From: a bacterium
Lineage (GTDB): Bacteria > Bdellovibrionota_C > UBA2361 > RFPC01
Direction: 5' to 3'
Length of the DNA: 52,628 nucleotides
NCBI GenBank assembly: GCA_022763385.1
Contig: JALEGQ010000105.1
Coordinates: 1-52,628 of the forward strand
Shown: piece after piece, positions 8,625-17,886 of the stretch
How positions within the stretch are numbered: position 1 is the stretch's first letter
How the letters are laid out: every line of letters starts with the position of its first letter
Made by a program: the position numbers and the translations under genes
Notes under the pieces: model-generated
Told to the model about the DNA's origin: nothing
Database searches by the model: none
Seen by the model: the letters and a program-made list of their open reading frames with translations, nothing else

Positions 8625-10325
8625 TCACATCGTTCCCGGAGCGCATTTCCACTGTTTGGGAAGCGTTTTTCGAATCCCTCGAAAGAACTGCTTCTTCCGT
8701 CCAACACCAGGAACCGGGGTGATCAGCTGGAGGAGCGCATCGCGACTCTCTTCTGGGTGCAGCGAGTTCGTTGGGCGTACTGTCTGGAGTAGCTCTCGGT
8801 TGTTCTCGAGGAGTGCGCTCAGGCGGGTGCGAGAGGTTGATACCTGAAGAGAGCACTCCAGGATCTGTTCAGGTGGGATGCCTTCTATGTGGGGAAAGAG
8901 CTGGAGGGTTCTTCCGAAGCGGTACGGTCGAATGACGATGTACTGCCCTCCGTGCTCAGGAATGGGTGTGGAGAGGGGCAGTTCATACCCATTCAGGCGG
9001 AGGAGAGGTCCCATGCGACGTTCGTAGTATTGTGAGAGAAAGATCGGTATGTCCGGGAAAGAATCGTTCGCCACGTGGAGAGCCTTTACAAATGCTCGGA
9101 CCTCTCGAGATCGGTAAACAGAGCCGGCATACTCTTCCATCGTTGATGCTCGAGCGATTCCGGCACCGATGATCGCTGCGCAAATACCAACGGTCACTCG
9201 GTGGCGCCAACTGTTTTGCAGGCCGTCCCCCGTCTCGCGAAAGAGAAGCGAAAGAGCGCTGCTCAGAAGGTGAGCAACGACGATGCTGCACGGGACAACT
9301 AGAGGGGCGTAGTAGCGATCTTGGATGGAGGGAGGAAGATAGGTGGAAAAGCTGGTGGTTCCGAAGGTGAAATAGAGGAAGAGCCACAGCGCGGTCAGCC
9401 AGAGGAGCCACGACCGGCGAGGAAGAAGCGGATAGAGGAGAAAAGAGATCCCGACCACATACAACGGTATTTCACCGACAAATCGAACGGTCCTTCCATA
9501 CCAGTACTCAAATCGTTCCCAGGGATAGAGTCCTTGTCTGAGCGTGCGTTGTTGAAGTGCCGCGATATTTTCCGGTTCTCCGACTACATCAAGTCTCCAG
9601 AGCCAGTCCCCTGAGAGTGTATAGATGAGGAGGAGTTCGCCAAGAAAACAGAAGGCAATTCCCGCTGAATAGAGGCAGAAAAGGAAGATCTGCTCAGATC
9701 TCCTGGAGCCAGCGCTGAAGGCGAAGAGTGCACCAACTGGGGCAAGGATAAGCCCACTCTCTTTTGTGAAATATGCAAGCCCATTGCAGAGGGCAGCGAG
9801 AAAGAGAAAGAGATTCCTTCGGGCCGGAGAGAGCTCCCGTTGGAGCCCGAGCGTGAGGCTAAGAAACCAGCAGGCGATCCAGAATGTTTGGGTGGTGTCT
9901 GGAAGGAGGGTTCCAGAGTAGAGGTAGATGAGGGGGGAGACCGCAACACCGCTCGCACTGATCAATCCGGTACTTTCTCCTCCAATTCTTCTGCCGAGGA
10001 GAAAAGTGATAAAGATGATGAGCGGATGGTAGAAGGCGCTAAAGCAGATGGTGAGAAAACTGCTTCCAAAGAGGGTATGGACCAGTGCTCCGGGGAGGAT
10101 GAGGGGATAGCGGAGTGCTCCGAGGGTGACCTCGAGCGGTTCTCCCTGTGCCAGGTGGAGGATTGAAGAGAGATAGGTGACGTCATCGCTCGCATAGTAT
10201 CCGCTCGCACAGTAGAGCGAGAGGAGGAGGCTGACTCCCATGGGTATCAGGACGAGTGGAATACGGAGGGCAGCGGTGTGCTCAACGTTACTTCGGGGCA
10301 CCGCTCCCGTTGGGTGTGATGTCAT
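8625..10325 (-). CDS. GT-C fold membrane glycosyltransferase (ArnT/PMT, GT39/GT83-like) with a C-terminal soluble domain
   Basis: 566 aa and more than 10 TM helices. An acidic first loop (YYASDDVTY) and a YFTKESG motif are typical of polyprenyl-P-sugar-dependent GT-C enzymes. Confidence 0.7.
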   Translation of the reverse strand: MTSHPTGAVPRSNVEHTAALRIPLVLIPMGVSLLLSLYCASGYYASDDVTYLSSILHLAQGEPLEVTLGALRYPLILPGALVHTLFGSSFLTICFSAFYHPLIIFITFLLGRRIGGESTGLISASGVAVSPLIYLYSGTLLPDTTQTFWIACWFLSLTLGLQRELSPARRNLFLFLAALCNGLAYFTKESGLILAPVGALFAFSAGSRRSEQIFLFCLYSAGIAFCFLGELLLIYTLSGDWLWRLDVVGEPENIAALQQRTLRQGLYPWERFEYWYGRTVRFVGEIPLYVVGISFLLYPLLPRRSWLLWLTALWLFLYFTFGTTSFSTYLPPSIQDRYYAPLVVPCSIVVAHLLSSALSLLFRETGDGLQNSWRHRVTVGICAAIIGAGIARASTMEEYAGSVYRSREVRAFVKALHVANDSFPDIPIFLSQYYERRMGPLLRLNGYELPLSTPIPEHGGQYIVIRPYRFGRTLQLFPHIEGIPPEQILECSLQVSTSRTRLSALLENNRELLQTVRPTNSLHPEESRDALLQLITPVPGVGRKKQFFRGIRKTLPKQWKCAPGTM

Positions 10326-10522
10326 GTCTCTTTCTTCCCTTTCACTGAGCGAAACCGGCCAGAGTATAGCGCTCTCCCGAGCAGCTGCAAATGGCCCACT
10401 CTTAGCGCTGACTTCGACCTATCTCATTCTTCGAAAGCACGTGAATGCTTACTTCCGTCGAATATCTCGACTTCAAAGAGGAGCCCTGATACAGTTTTTC
10501 GGCAATTCCGAGGCATAGTGTC

Positions 10523-13066
10523 ATGGCTGCTGAAGCAACGAAATCATTCCTGTCACCTCTTGAGGAGAATCAGGAGCTGCAGACGAAGGTCGCTTTTCTC
10601 ACGAGTGAACTGAAGGCCGCTCAGGCCGAGATTCGGCGCCAGGAAAAGGAGTACTCTCGTTTGGAGCAGTTGCTCGGCCGTGCTCGGTTGTGGCACGGAA
10701 AATCGGTCGTTGCTCGGGCAGATGCCTATAAGGAACTCGTTGCGCTGAAGATTCCGTTTATCAAGACTCAAGAGCAGCTTCACGCTATTCAACATTCCAA
10801 GGCGTATCAGCTCGCTCTTTTTTTGAGAGAGGTGAAAGACCGAGAGGAGTTAAGCGCGTTGCCGAAGCGCTTTTTTCGTCTTGTAGCATATCTTTTCTCC
10901 CCATCTCGTGGGGACAGTGAAGATGGCCTCTCGAACACCCTCGTGGCGCCTTCAGCCAGTGAAATTCAGGCCCGTCTTGAGGTCGCTGAATTGGAGCACG
11001 GAGCAGAAGGTGTTCATGATCTCGCAGAAAGGCTTATTTCACAGTACCCGGAAAGCCGTTTCCCCCGGGTGGAAGAGCGAGTGTGTCGCAGCTCTTTTGA
11101 TATTCTGAAGGCGGCAGAACAGGTTCAAGAGGCGCTTCCTTATGCACGACGAGCCCTCCAACTCTATCCCGAGAATGAGAAGTTGGTGCGAGCCCTGGTT
11201 GAGATCAGTGAGAAGACGCTCCGTGATAGGGACTTTGTTACTACACACGAGATCGCAGTAACGCTTCGTGATGGATTGCAGCTTCAGAGAGAACTGCCGA
11301 CCCTTGCAGAGTATCTCGCCTTTAGCCGTGACGGGATCTGCGTTCCTCCCTTTCAGTTTGATCAGGAGGGAGAGCTCTACTCGCCTCCGCTCTTTGGTCT
11401 CACGAGAAACGAACTCGTTGAAACCTATGAAGGCGAAGGTGCTGCAGCGGTTGAAGCGTTGATCGGTCGCGTCTTTGGGGATGGAAGGTTATCAGAGCAA
11501 CAGATACAGGTGCTGGCGCTCCGGTCACTGATGAATGCTTCTCTTGAGACCGGGTTTCGATATGGCAGTGAGATTCCAACAGAGGAGCACACCGTTACCT
11601 TTGCTAAACTTCTTTCAGATATCGCTTTGAAACTCGGGAAGCTCTCTGTTTCGCTTGAAGTGCTGGCGCCGGTGGGAGGGAGTGAAGAGTTCCCCTATCG
11701 GTACGAGATGATGGAGGGGCAGCTACAACTCTTGCGGGAAGGGTATGCCGGAGGAGGTGCTTCGGTCGCGTATGAGCCGGAGCGGGGATCTGGGAGTACA
11801 AAAGAGGGACGAATCCTCTACTTCCTGCACAACTCCCTTCCCTACTCTTCCGGAGGATATGCTACCCGTACCCACGGTCTCCTTTCGGCGGTGACGGCTC
11901 ATGGGCGTGATATTCGTGGGATTACCCGGTGGGGGTTTCCGCTCGATCGACTGAAGGGCAAGAGAGATGAAGCGCGGCGGAGCTTCCCGCCGGAAACAGT
12001 AGTTGGTGACGTTCCATATCTCTGTATGGCCGGCCACGAAGGTCGGCACGGATCCATTCCCCTTCCTGATTACCTTACCCTGTATGAGCAACGTGCACTG
12101 CTCCGTATCTTCGAACAGCGGCCAGTGCTGCTGCATGCTGCCTCAAATTTCATGAATGGCGTAGTAGCGAACTCACTCGCTCGGCGACTCCAAATCCCTT
12201 CAGTCTATGAAGTGCGGGGATTGTGGGAGGTGACCCGGATGTCTCGACAGCCGGAGTGGAAAGACTCAGAGCACTTCTCACTGCAGGTAAAGATGGAGAC
12301 TCAGGCTGCCGCTGATGCAACGGCCGTGATAGCGATTACCACGGCCCTCAAGGATGAAATGGTCGCGCGAGGGATTCCGAGGGAGAAGATAACGGTTATC
12401 CCTAATGGAGTAGATACCACGCGTTTCGTGCCACTGTATCGGGATGAGGCGTTTGCTGAGCAACTTGGTTGTCGGGGAAAGACGGTCATCGGATATATCG
12501 GTTCGGTGGTCGACTATGAGGGCCTTGAGCTCCTGATCGAAGCGGCTTCACTTCTCCAAAGTGAGAAAGACGCCTTTCGGGTACTCGTGGTGGGTGATGG
12601 AGATGCCCTGCCAGCTGTGAAAGCGAAGGCAGAGGAGCTTGGCCTCGGCGATACGGTAATCTTTACCGGACGGGTTCCGCATGAGGAGGTGGAACAGTAC
12701 TATCGCTTGACGGATGTGCTCGCCTATCCGAGGAGAGGGCTCCCCGTGTGTGAAATGGTATCACCGATGAAACCGTTCGAAGCGATGGCGATGCAGAAAG
12801 CAGTTCTCTCGTCGGATGTTGCTGCGCTCGCTGAGATTGTACAGGATGGAGTGACTGGCCTCCTCCACCGCAAAGATGATGTCGAGCACCTTGCATCCCA
12901 ACTGAGGGTCTTGATTCACTCTCCGGAGCGATGCCAGCAGCTCGGCGAAGCGGCTCGGGAGTGGGTGGTCGAGTACCGAGACTGGAAGACCCTGGGAGGA
13001 GAGTTGGAGGCGTTGTATGAGAGGACTCTCAAGTCTTTTTTCCTCAAAGAGAGTGCTGAGCGGTAG
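10523..13066 (+). CDS. Long GT4-family glycosyltransferase with a ~430-aa N-terminal coiled-coil/helical region
   Basis: The N-terminus is a heptad-like coil (LQTKVAFLTSELKAAQAEIRRQEKEYSRLEQ). The C-terminal half has GT4 motifs (YEVRGLWEVT, GRVPHEEV, PFEAMAMQKAVLSSDV). Confidence 0.8.
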   Translation: MAAEATKSFLSPLEENQELQTKVAFLTSELKAAQAEIRRQEKEYSRLEQLLGRARLWHGKSVVARADAYKELVALKIPFIKTQEQLHAIQHSKAYQLALFLREVKDREELSALPKRFFRLVAYLFSPSRGDSEDGLSNTLVAPSASEIQARLEVAELEHGAEGVHDLAERLISQYPESRFPRVEERVCRSSFDILKAAEQVQEALPYARRALQLYPENEKLVRALVEISEKTLRDRDFVTTHEIAVTLRDGLQLQRELPTLAEYLAFSRDGICVPPFQFDQEGELYSPPLFGLTRNELVETYEGEGAAAVEALIGRVFGDGRLSEQQIQVLALRSLMNASLETGFRYGSEIPTEEHTVTFAKLLSDIALKLGKLSVSLEVLAPVGGSEEFPYRYEMMEGQLQLLREGYAGGGASVAYEPERGSGSTKEGRILYFLHNSLPYSSGGYATRTHGLLSAVTAHGRDIRGITRWGFPLDRLKGKRDEARRSFPPETVVGDVPYLCMAGHEGRHGSIPLPDYLTLYEQRALLRIFEQRPVLLHAASNFMNGVVANSLARRLQIPSVYEVRGLWEVTRMSRQPEWKDSEHFSLQVKMETQAAADATAVIAITTALKDEMVARGIPREKITVIPNGVDTTRFVPLYRDEAFAEQLGCRGKTVIGYIGSVVDYEGLELLIEAASLLQSEKDAFRVLVVGDGDALPAVKAKAEELGLGDTVIFTGRVPHEEVEQYYRLTDVLAYPRRGLPVCEMVSPMKPFEAMAMQKAVLSSDVAALAEIVQDGVTGLLHRKDDVEHLASQLRVLIHSPERCQQLGEAAREWVVEYRDWKTLGGELEALYERTLKSFFLKESAER

Positions 13067-13080
13067 AGACGGGAGAGGTA

Positions 13081-14199
13081 ATGGTTTTAGAAGGCACACG
13101 TAATCCAGGTCAACCGATCGCCATCGTGGCTGGAGCCCGACCAAACTTCATGAAGATCGCGCCGCTTGTTCGGGCTTTCCGGGAGCGGAGTATCCCCTAT
13201 GAGCTCATTCATACGGGGCAACACTACGACAAGAAGATGAGCGAAATCTTCTTCGAAGAGCTCGATATTCCGAAGCCAGATATTTCGCTCGGGGTAGGGT
13301 CGGGATCCCAGGCCGAGCAAACTGGTCGGACCATGATCGCTTTCGAGGAACATGCTCTTCAGAAGAGCTATTCCTGGGTAGTCGTGGTGGGTGATGTGAA
13401 CTCTACTGTTGCGTGCTCACTTGTGGCGGCAAAGCTTGGTATTCCCGTGGCTCACCTTGAGGCGGGACTTCGTTCTCACGATTGGCTGATGCCAGAAGAG
13501 GTGAATCGAGTGGTCACCGATCGACTTTCGACCCTGCTCCTAACACCATCACAGGATGGCGACGAAAATCTTCGAGCAGAGGGAGTCCCGGAGGAGCGGA
13601 TATCTTTTGTTGGGAATATCATGATCGATACCCTCCTCCGACTCTTGCCGAAAGCGGAAGAGAGAACGATCGTCCGAGACCTCTCACTCGAATCGAGGGG
13701 GTACTGTGTGGGAACATTCCACCGCCCCTCAAACGTGGACGGTGAGGAGAAGCTACAGGAGTTGTGCGCTCTCTGGGAGAAGGTTACGGAGTGCATCCCG
13801 CTGGTGTTGCCCCTTCATCCACGTACTCGAAATTCGTTGGAGCGCTTCGACCTGATGAGTCGGTGCGAAGATATGCCGGGACTCCACCTTCTCGAGCCGC
13901 TCGGATATCTCGACTTTCTTGCGCTGAATCGAGAGGCGAGAGTGGTGCTCACCGATTCTGGTGGAATTCAGGAAGAGACTACCGTTCTCGGTGTTCCGTG
14001 CCTTACCTACCGAGAGAATACCGAGCGACCGGTCACGATCACTCATGGAACGAATCAGTTAGTTGGCTCGGACCCGAAGCGGGCTCTTGAAGCGCTTCAC
14101 CAGGTGCTGAAGAGCGATCTTCCACAACTCTCTCCACCACCCCTGTGGGATGGCAAGGCTGGTGAGCGCATTGCCGAGCTCTTTTCTTCACGGATGTGA
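13081..14199 (+). CDS. wecB: UDP-N-acetylglucosamine 2-epimerase (non-hydrolysing)
   Basis: ARPNFMKIAPL...HTGQHYD...VVGDVNST...DSGGIQEE motifs, with GGAGAGG upstream of the ATG. Confidence 0.85.
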   Translation: MVLEGTRNPGQPIAIVAGARPNFMKIAPLVRAFRERSIPYELIHTGQHYDKKMSEIFFEELDIPKPDISLGVGSGSQAEQTGRTMIAFEEHALQKSYSWVVVVGDVNSTVACSLVAAKLGIPVAHLEAGLRSHDWLMPEEVNRVVTDRLSTLLLTPSQDGDENLRAEGVPEERISFVGNIMIDTLLRLLPKAEERTIVRDLSLESRGYCVGTFHRPSNVDGEEKLQELCALWEKVTECIPLVLPLHPRTRNSLERFDLMSRCEDMPGLHLLEPLGYLDFLALNREARVVLTDSGGIQEETTVLGVPCLTYRENTERPVTITHGTNQLVGSDPKRALEALHQVLKSDLPQLSPPPLWDGKAGERIAELFSSRM

Positions 14200-16089
14200 A
14201 GAAAAGCGAAAGGTCTGTTCAGCGTATTCCCATGCAGCATGGTATGACGTGACTCGCGTGTTCCAGAGAAGATCTGTTCGCTGAATGTATGGACGTTCTG
14301 GTCGAAGCTCTGAAGCGATCTTTTTCATCTCTGCTGCCATGTGCTCCGGTGTCGTTTTCTCGATCCAATAGGCCTGCGGGAACTCACCGGCGACCTCACG
14401 GAAGATCTCTCGGTTGGTAAGGAGCAGGGGTTTTCCGTAACAGAGCATCTCATAGAGCTTCATGGGGGGGACCGCATCCATCCCGGGGAGGGGCTCTCGG
14501 AGGAGGAAGAGCGCGTGTACGTCACCCATGACGGAGGGGACCTCGTGGGGGGGGACCGGTTCAATGAAGGCGACTCGCTTCTCGAGGTGGAGTTCCTCGG
14601 TGATCCGGAGAAGGTGTTCCCGTTCTTCTCCATCTCCACAGAGGCGGAGAGAGAACGTCTCTGGAAGCAGCGGAAGAGCTCGTATCGCGTCCGCAAGACC
14701 TTCATAACGAGAGAAAGAGCCGAAGTATCCGAATATCGTTCCTCTGCCGCACGCTGGAGCAGGAGCCTGATCGATCGTACGGAGGTACTCTTTGCTCACT
14801 CCATTTTTGACGAGAAAGATCTTCTCGGCATCAATACCTCGAGAAACAAGGTGTTGTTTCATCGTCTCCGAGAGGGTGGTGACGGCATGCGCTTGGTGCA
14901 ATAAGCGATCTTCTAGCGCACGAAAGAATCGGTAGCGTTCAGAATCTGTTTGGATCTCTCCCTTCGCAACCTGCGAGTCCTCCCAGATCCCCCGCATCTC
15001 ATAGAGCCACGGGATTCCGAAGGAGTCTGAGAGCGCAGCAGCAACGAATGCCTGCTTGAAATTTGAAACGGCGTGCAGCAGTGAGGGGCGAAAGTCACGG
15101 AGAGCAGCACGCCCTCCCTCTGCATAAGCTCGAAAAAACTGATCGAGTGGAATATTTCGGTAGTTTTTTGGTAGGCGATCATCACTCGCCGAGTAGAGTG
15201 AGCCAGCTTCTTGTTCTGCCGAGATCCCTGGTCGGACCACGCCGTGTACGGGAGTGCCTTCTTCCGTGAGGGCACGGAAGAGCTCATCGGTTCGAATGGT
15301 GTACCCGCTCTGTTGCTCTGAGAGAATATTCTCAAGAAGGAAGAGCACTCTCCGAGACGACGGTGGTGGCGAGCTCTCGTGCTCTATCGAGAGCGTAAAG
15401 TTCCCATGGTATACCGCAAGCTCTGATTCCACGATCCTCAGGAGGTTCTCTGTTTCTTGAGTGCGGAGCTCCGGAGAGAGAGAGACGAGCAGCCGCTCTG
15501 CAGAGCTGTACTCACCGATATTTCGTAAAGTCTTTGCGAACTCGAAGGTGAGAGAGGGGGGAATAGCATCAGGAGGCATGGCTTTTAGGCCTGCCCAAAG
15601 TTCGGGAAAGTGTGTTCGGATCAGGCGCAGCAACAATCCGCCCTCCCGCTGGGTGAGGGAGGGGAGCGCATGTTTTAAGAGGGAGTGAGCGCTCTCAGCC
15701 CTCTTCTTCTGCTCAGAGGGCTTTTGACGCTCTGAGCGGAGGGTGCTGACAAAGAGAGTAAGGAGTTCCTGCCGGGGTGGCGGGAAGTGGCATTCCTCGA
15801 AGAGTACGGTCAGTCCTCGACCTCCTGGAAGGACGGCAGCAAACTCTTCCAAGAGTTGGATACGCTTCGGAAAGGCTTCTCGATCGGGAAGGGAGAGGGT
15901 CGGAAAAAGTCTTCGGTAGAGAGCAAGGAGAATGAGTTTTTCTCCTCCCTTCTCGGCTTCTGCTGGAGAAAGCTGCTTCAGGACGCCGTAGGAGAGTGGG
16001 GAGGTGATCAGGCATGAACGGAGAGTTTTGAGCGCTCTCGAAAGGGGGAGTAAAGAGAGAAGCGGCACCGGGAGTGCTATCGGTTTCAC
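14188..16089 (-). CDS. Long GT4-family glycosyltransferase, paralogue of 10523-13066, with a ~280-aa N-terminal helical region
   Basis: Shares LLHAVSNF / YEMRGIWE / KNGV motifs with the 847-aa protein. Its GTG start overlaps the upstream stop (GTGA). Confidence 0.75.
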   Translation of the reverse strand: MKPIALPVPLLSLLPLSRALKTLRSCLITSPLSYGVLKQLSPAEAEKGGEKLILLALYRRLFPTLSLPDREAFPKRIQLLEEFAAVLPGGRGLTVLFEECHFPPPRQELLTLFVSTLRSERQKPSEQKKRAESAHSLLKHALPSLTQREGGLLLRLIRTHFPELWAGLKAMPPDAIPPSLTFEFAKTLRNIGEYSSAERLLVSLSPELRTQETENLLRIVESELAVYHGNFTLSIEHESSPPPSSRRVLFLLENILSEQQSGYTIRTDELFRALTEEGTPVHGVVRPGISAEQEAGSLYSASDDRLPKNYRNIPLDQFFRAYAEGGRAALRDFRPSLLHAVSNFKQAFVAAALSDSFGIPWLYEMRGIWEDSQVAKGEIQTDSERYRFFRALEDRLLHQAHAVTTLSETMKQHLVSRGIDAEKIFLVKNGVSKEYLRTIDQAPAPACGRGTIFGYFGSFSRYEGLADAIRALPLLPETFSLRLCGDGEEREHLLRITEELHLEKRVAFIEPVPPHEVPSVMGDVHALFLLREPLPGMDAVPPMKLYEMLCYGKPLLLTNREIFREVAGEFPQAYWIEKTTPEHMAAEMKKIASELRPERPYIQRTDLLWNTRVTSYHAAWEYAEQTFRFSSHP

Positions 16090-17711
16090 GATGGCCCTGC
16101 ACGAGATGATTCTGTACGGGATAGCTCTTCACCAGACTCTGCTGACCCCCCTTCAGCGGAGCGAGAGGACCCACCTTCAGCGGAGCGAGAGGACAGAGCG
16201 AGGGATCTTCTTCTCTCTTCTGTTGCGGTAACCATCTGCGAAAGCATCCCCTGAACGCTTGGGGTCATCTTGGCTTCAATATATATCTGATACGAGAAAA
16301 AGCTCTTCCAGATAGCGATACAGGTGCGACTTGTTGAGAGGAGAAGTCGAGAAAAGGGATTCCTCCCGAGAACAAGGGGGTACGGTGCTGGTATTCCGTG
16401 AACCTTATCGACGACATATCCACTCTCTTCGAGAAGGAGTTGAAGGTTCCGGAAGGTAAAGAGCCGTCGGTGTCCGATATCCAGAATGCCCCGGGGCCCG
16501 TAATTAAACTGTCCGATGAGGTGAGCAAATCTGAGGAGAAAATATCCGATGTTTCCGGTAGTGATAATTACCCGAGGGGTGTGGTGACCGAAAGATTCGC
16601 GCAATCGATCGAGAAAATCCTCTGGGTTCTCGAGGTGTTCGAGGATATCAAGCAGAAGAATGACATCATACCGGTCGGCAGGGAGCGGGTCTTCCCGCTT
16701 GAGGGCGTTGAGATCGTGTCGCAGAAATGAGGAAACCTCTGCTGCGACCTCCGGTTGAGGATCTCTATCAACTGCGGTGACCTCACACCCACTCCGTTGG
16801 AGCTCTCTGGCAACTACCCCTTCGCCGCAGCCGAGGTCGAGCACCCGTGTCCCCCGTACTTCGCTTTCTTTTACGGAATCTGCTGCGAGTGAGTGAGAAG
16901 AGATAAAATCAAGTTTAGCTTCATACGGGTGCTTCCGAAAATTGACCCCCACATCAAACTTTCGCTGATAAAAGAGCCCGAGGTTCTGAATCTTACTGAA
17001 AAGGGTTGCTTTTACGACATCCCACGCATACTTCATTCCGTCGACGTGGCAGATTTCATCTCCGTAATAGGTCGGAATTGGAATTTCATGAATTCTGAAG
17101 GACTTCTGGAGAAACTGGATGATAATCTCGGTATCAAAGTGGAAGTCAGAGGTGTTGTTCTCAAAGGGAACCTCAGAGAGGGCTCGAACCGAGTATGCTC
17201 GAAAGCCGCTATGAAACTCGGAGAGATCCGCGTTCAGCCACCAGTTCTGAAATGTCGAGAGGATTCTATTTCCGACGTACTTGTAGAGCGGCATGCCTCC
17301 TTTTAATGCTTCTCCAGACTTCATCATCCGAGAGCCGAAGACCGCATCCGCCTCACCGCGAAGAATGGGGCTGGTGATCTCATCGATGAGCTCTGGTGGG
17401 TACTGCCCGTCTCCGTGCAGGAGAACAACCGCGTCAAACCCCTTTTCGATAGCGTAGCGATATCCGAGCTTTTGATTTCCTCCATACCCCTGATTGATGG
17501 GGGTGCGAAGGACGGTAAGTTCGATCCCCTCAGGAAGTTTTTCGTAACTCAGCCCAACTTCAAAGGTTTCATCCTTTGAGGAGTCATCGATCACGAGAAT
17601 TCCGTTCTCCGGAGTAAGAAGCTCACGAGGAATGCGATCGAGCACCCAGTTGAGTGTTTTCTCGGCGTTGTAGGCAACGATAAAGATGAGGATACGGCCC
17701 TGCTTCTTCAT
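16086..17711 (-). CDS. Fusion protein: GT2 glycosyltransferase plus class-I SAM-dependent methyltransferase
   Basis: The N-terminus reads IFIVAYNAEK...VIDDSSKD...HGDGQY. The middle has VLDLGCGEGV (SAM motif I). The C-terminal tail is low complexity. Confidence 0.8.
   Translation of the reverse strand: MKKQGRILIFIVAYNAEKTLNWVLDRIPRELLTPENGILVIDDSSKDETFEVGLSYEKLPEGIELTVLRTPINQGYGGNQKLGYRYAIEKGFDAVVLLHGDGQYPPELIDEITSPILRGEADAVFGSRMMKSGEALKGGMPLYKYVGNRILSTFQNWWLNADLSEFHSGFRAYSVRALSEVPFENNTSDFHFDTEIIIQFLQKSFRIHEIPIPTYYGDEICHVDGMKYAWDVVKATLFSKIQNLGLFYQRKFDVGVNFRKHPYEAKLDFISSHSLAADSVKESEVRGTRVLDLGCGEGVVARELQRSGCEVTAVDRDPQPEVAAEVSSFLRHDLNALKREDPLPADRYDVILLLDILEHLENPEDFLDRLRESFGHHTPRVIITTGNIGYFLLRFAHLIGQFNYGPRGILDIGHRRLFTFRNLQLLLEESGYVVDKVHGIPAPYPLVLGRNPFSRLLLSTSRTCIAIWKSFFSYQIYIEAKMTPSVQGMLSQMVTATEERRRSLALSSRSAEGGSSRSAEGGSAESGEELSRTESSRAGPS
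16150..16197. repeat. Tandem 24-nt duplication inside the 3' tail of the GT2-methyltransferase gene (encodes SSRSAEGG twice)
   Basis: ccttcagcggagcgagaggac occurs at 16150-16170 and again at 16174-16194. Confidence 0.8.
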
Positions 17712-17806
17712 TCCCGAAGTGTACCTCTATTTTCTGGGGAGGTGAATGCCTACCCCCTTGTTATCGCAGAGTTTTTTATATGAACCGAGAAAAATATCAG
17801 AAATGA

Positions 17807-17837
17807 GGAAACTTTTTCTCGTTGTAATCGATAGAGA
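17807..17837 (+). promoter_or_regulatory. Putative sigma-28-type promoter P1: GGAAACTTTTT-N11-CGATAGAGA, upstream of the sigma-factor gene
   Basis: GAAACTTT-N11-atCGATAG compares with the classical TAAAGTTT-N11-GCCGATAA. An element with identical spacing lies at 20963-20993. Confidence 0.45.
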
Positions 17838-17886
17838 GAGTGGAAAAACGGTTCTGAGAGCCTGCGCCAAGAAATAATGCACTGGG

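Noticed and set aside
15382-15404. A minus-strand GGAACTTT-N7-CGATAGAG resembles the P1/P2 motif.
   Set aside because: The blocks are 7 nt apart instead of 13, and the site lies inside the GT4 coding sequence in the sense orientation.
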